From Setoptus koraiensis (taxonomy: Eukaryota; Animalia; Arthropoda), in assembly GCA_048013815.1 (NCBI GenBank), contig CM106585.1, positions 11,532,001 through 11,596,000 of the forward strand: a DNA stretch of 64,000 bases, written 5' to 3'. This document shows, piece after piece, positions 61,517-64,000 of the stretch (positions are counted from its first letter, which is position 1; the number at the start of each line of letters is the position of its first letter). A program made the translations under genes and the position numbers. The notes beneath the pieces were generated by a model that saw only the letters and a program-made list of their open reading frames with translations, had not been told where the DNA came from and ran no database searches.

Positions 61517-63870
61517 TCAAGTTTTCGGGGGGAATTTCGAAATGGGTAAGAATTTATTTGTTGATGGTATGTTTGTTTGGATTACATGTAGTGAAGTTGG
61601 TGTTGTTGTGTGGGATTAGCAGCGCAACAGCGGCAGCCTAACTGAAACCGATTTGCAAACAAAACAAACAAGCAAGCAAGCGAGCGAGCAAGCAAGCAAA
61701 GAAGCAAAAACTGTTCTTATTCACAAGGGCTTATTATGTCTGGGGAATTGTTCGATTTTGTAGCCGTAGATGTGGTTGTTGTTGTTGGCGTTGTTACGTA
61801 AATATTGTTGTTTGCAATGAGTAATATAATAATTGTGTGTGTGTGTGTTAGTGAACATCTTCCTGGCCACAATGGAGCTGCTAAACTTTAGCAGCTAAAC
61901 TGTAGCTGCTAAAGTACAAAGGGTTCCTTAGCACACACACACAAATAGATCGCTGCAAGACGTTTGACTCAAACAGTTTGAGTGTGAGTGTGAGTGTGTG
62001 TGTGTTGTGACGCAAATCAATTGATGATGTAGGTGCGCTGTTGGCGCCCTTACCACGGCTGCGCGATTCCCCCATCTATCGAGCGATTCCCCCGTCCATC
62101 AAGCGACTCCCCCGTGTATGAAGCGAACGGCAACTCTCACCAAGGCTGCTTTGGTCCCCCCCTTCTTGGCCCCGTCTTTTCCCCCGTCTGGCAGCGTCTG
62201 CTAGCGTTCGTTAGTGGTTTGGTGTGCGCGACAATGCAGCGCGCTGAGCGGCGTGTCGCGAATTTAGATAGCAGCTAGAGCGAGATCATTCGATAACGAT
62301 CGTTCAATTAGTTCGCTACTACTCGAGCCAGTGCGCCAACAGATCGCAATTGATGCCAAACAAGATGCGCGTGCAAATATTCTATCATCGTTGTTACATT
62401 GTCGCACACAATTCAATCAATTGTTGTTGTTGCTGCTACTGCCATTACACCAATTGCATCACATTAATTTAAATTAATTAATTAACAATTCAACAGCACA
62501 CACACACACACACCAACAAGCAGTCAGCAATTTATGCAAATTACGCCTGTTGTCAGGATCATCAAGTTGCCGGCGGCGCCAAGATGCGGATAAAATAAAG
62601 GAATTTATTAGTGATGATTACAATATGATCGCAGCACAAATTGGACCGACCCACTGCTATGCACCGCAACACGCCTGTTCAATTGTTCACTTTTAGGCCG
62701 GCGCAACAACCACTACCGACACACAACAATCACCACAAAAACTCAACAATCATCTCAAAAACACAATAATCACCACCAACACACAACAGTCATTGGCAGC
62801 AGCCACTGTGCGACCGATGCCGGCGTCGCGCAACAACCAGATAAACTAATTCATACCGTACACTCGCCAGCATCAAACGATCGAGTAAGCAGACGCCGGA
62901 ATCCATTACAGAGGAACGAATCAATCAAGACAGTTAATTGTATTCATACATCACACTCGCTGATTGTCTATGTGTGTGGGTCACACAACAGCTAACGCAC
63001 GACCAAATCGATGATTATCCTATCGGGCCCCGCGCGCATCATGTCATCTAGATCCAATTATCAAGCCCAATCATCACTCGTTACGCGGACGACATCACAC
63101 ACAAACGCAAACACACAGCTGTCATTGCCGCCAGTGCTATTTGCCGAATGTTAACAAGCTAATAACATAACGACGACGACATAATGAACAACGACATCGA
63201 CATTAATTCAATCTTTGCACTATCCTACATAAACTACTCAACTTGACGAAAAACTCTACCACTCACCTGTGCTAGCGCCTTTTTGCAACAACCAACTATT
63301 ATAAGTAACACACACACAAACAATAGTAGTAATAGTAACAGCAGCAGCAGCAGCAGCAGTAATCCCTCACTAACACAAATGTCTAATAAACAAACATACA
63401 CACACATCAGCCATGGTGAATAGTAATTGATTGCAACAATAGAATAATCTCCCCCTCTTACATACATATTTAGTATATGTATTCATTGTTTACAACACTT
63501 CCAAAAGAATCACATTTTGCGCGATCGCTGCGCTCGCAAACAGCCTACAACAGCAACAAATTCAGTTAGTTCATCATTACTAGTTAGTCAGCGAATAATA
63601 ATATTAGTAATAGTAGTAATAATAATAATATAACGCAATACTGGCAAAAGTAACTTCAATATATATTGGTGCTGGTGATACAGCAGAGCAAACAACCAAA
63701 AAAATCCGCGCGCGCGCAATTTGTCACGAGAATCAATCTTCCCTTAGAATCAATTTACGGCAATTTACAATTATTTATGTTATATCAAGATAAGTTCACC
63801 ATAACTATAGCATATCATCACTGCTACAACTGACATTGGTCATTTATTTCAAGCGAACAAAAAGACAGCC

Positions 63871-64000
63871 ATGGACAAGCAGCAAGAGGGTACCTCCACA
63901 GCGCCTGGCCAAAATAGCGTCGATGATGTCAAAATTGATGAGGCTCAAAGTCAGCACGAACAAGAAGAATTGCTACGAGCAGCCTCTTCAGGGGCCGATA
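63871..64000 (+). CDS. 5' end of an unidentified ORF running off the window (MDKQQEGTSTAPGQNSVDDVKIDEAQSQHEQEELLRAASSGAD...)
   Basis: gccATGG Kozak context; open for 43 codons to the window end; sequence shifts from repetitive flank to coding-like composition. Confidence 0.55.
   Translation, partial: MDKQQEGTSTAPGQNSVDDVKIDEAQSQHEQEELLRAASSGAD

Overview
Eukaryotic (animal) genomic DNA, not prokaryotic. It is gene-dense and very intron-poor, with short GT-AG introns and AAC/CAA/CA microsatellites. That pattern fits a compact mite genome such as an eriophyoid, which is an inference. Genes recognised from protein motifs, in order: an unidentified 1805-aa low-complexity ORF (+), an INF/FHDC1-type FH2 formin (-), a 3-exon DH-PH RhoGEF (+), lin-54/mip120 (-), CPSF1 (2 exons, -), an intronless divergent Frizzled (+), a somatomedin-B/Methuselah-like family-B GPCR (2 exons, -), a SARNP/CIP29-like protein lacking the SAP domain (-), gamma-tubulin (2 exons, +), a truncated clathrin light chain (-), and the start of another ORF at the right edge. 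The main unexplained structure is 39.4-41.9 kb. It is a mosaic of decayed pieces of an IFT80-like ciliary gene interleaved with degenerate copies of the two flanking genes (Frizzled and CPSF1). The order fits tandem duplication of a CPSF1-IFT80-Frizzled block followed by reciprocal deletion that left no intact IFT80 here. Other oddities: a second decayed copy of the Frizzled 3' end, a foldback/MITE-like element in the SARNP/gamma-tubulin divergent promoter, and convergent gamma-tubulin/clathrin light chain stop codons only 10 nt apart. I found no support for rRNA, tRNA, CRISPR arrays or an autonomous transposon. All homology calls come from motifs recognised by eye, not from database searches.
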